A stretch of 63,766 nt of DNA from an uncultured Verrucomicrobia subdivision 3 bacterium (GTDB lineage Bacteria; Verrucomicrobiota; Verrucomicrobiia; Limisphaerales; UBA11358): NCBI GenBank assembly GCA_903820285.1, contig CAIJGS010000008.1, forward strand, positions 1 to 63,766, in the 5' to 3' direction. The translations under genes were made by a program, and so were the position numbers. Position 1 is the stretch's first letter. Each line of letters opens with the position of its first letter. Below the pieces are notes generated by a model. The model had not been told where the DNA came from. It ran no database searches and worked only from the letters and a program-made list of their open reading frames with translations. Positions 63,223 to 63,766 of this stretch are shown one piece after another.

Positions 63223-63289
63223 TGATGATTTGCCTTTTACTCTAACTAACCGATTTCGCTGTTCCCGACTGCCGGGTTTCAAATCATCA
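63223..63289 (-). promoter_or_regulatory. 5'-leader stem that pairs the 10 nt just upstream of the RRM gene start codon
   Basis: TGATGATTTG (63223-63232) and CAAATCATCA (63280-63289) are perfect reverse complements 47 nt apart. The proximal arm ends 1 nt from the ATG (63219-63221). Confidence 0.35.
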
Positions 63290-63766
63290 CTGAACGAAGT
63301 TCACTTGAGGATTCACCATGGTCGAAAGGTCAATTTATCTAACAGGCGAATTGGATATTAACCCAATCTTGCATATTGGCAAGTCAAATCTATGCCCGGC
63401 ACCGAGCGGGGGGAGGTTTTGGCGGGCTGGGGCTGGTAGCTGGAGACCTGGGCGGGCGAGCATGATGGCACCAGAATGGGTGGTTTCGACCTGCCTTGAA
63501 TTAGCTTGATTTTCATGGATTTGCAGGGGTTTTGAGGCAAAATCGATGGCCCGTGCGGGCAGCTCTCCCGCCGTGTGAAGGCCCCGCCAGCGGCAGCCCC
63601 AACAGGGTAATTGACGGGCCATTCCCCCACCCCAAAAAAGGGTTGAATTTTGTTTAATCCGGTTGAATTTTTGGAAAAATAAAGGGGGTTTTGAGCGATT
63701 TTTGGGGGCGAAAACCGCAGAATGAACGCGGAGGCTACGAGGCGGCTGGGTAGCGTGGAGAAAACG

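Noticed and set aside
63335-63766. Minus-strand ORFs 63335..63622 and 63358..63630, and a plus-strand ATG at 63722 (MNAEATRRLGSVEKT...) that runs off the right edge.
   Set aside because: The two minus ORFs overlap each other in different frames and have non-protein-like composition. The plus-strand ORF has only 15 codons in view, too little to judge. The region is more likely the promoter/leader of the RRM gene.

Overview
High-GC bacterial chromosomal segment. By inference it comes from Verrucomicrobia or the wider PVC group. The hallmarks are two PEP-CTERM proteins, two prepilin-type H-X9-DG (DUF1559-like) proteins, a Gloeo_Verruco-repeat protein, paired ECF-like sigma factors and Hanks Ser/Thr kinases, and several giant Ig-like/Kelch secreted proteins. 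No rRNA, tRNA, CRISPR array, transposase or phage gene was recognised.

Layout:
- 1-3.7 kb: tightly overlapping ars operon (arsR, MIP channel, arsC, arsD, arsA). arsA is truncated by the left edge and is missing from the ORF track.
- 3.8-8.8 kb: TPR-sulfotransferase and a beta-propeller histidine kinase.
- 9-17.9 kb: co-directional putative alpha-glucan locus (HK, NarL-type RR, multi-GDFNxW-module protein, pseudopilin-like DUF1559, GH13, SLC45/GPH-type MFS, SDR).
- 18.5-20.8 kb: ridA, an MGMT-like gene and rmuC.
- 20.8-22.5 kb: about 1.6 kb with almost no credible coding sequence. It holds 10-bp-phased TTGAT iterons, a 22-bp perfect palindrome and a MITE-like inverted repeat.
- 22.5-31.4 kb: MFS transporter, PEP-CTERM protein, eno, a repeat lipoprotein-like protein and a 1451-aa Ig-like giant.
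- 31.9-40.6 kb: signalling island STK / pseudopilin / sigma / STK / sigma, with a shared promoter-like motif.
- 41-63.8 kb: mostly housekeeping genes (rsmH, folD, pseudouridine synthase, tsaD, S41 protease, ispD, infA, RRM protein) interleaved with large secreted repeat proteins (Kelch, GloVer, Ig/Calx-beta).

Several families of short hairpin or tandem repeats occupy intergenic regions, mostly between convergent genes.

The best candidates for something new are the duplicated sigma/kinase island with TM2/DUF4097 and Gly-decapeptide sensor modules, the pseudopilin embedded in the glucan locus, the iteron-bearing gene-free island, and a C-terminal ...STDLxxW...(F/Y)(F/Y)R module shared by four secreted proteins.

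All family assignments come from motif recognition by eye. No database search was run.
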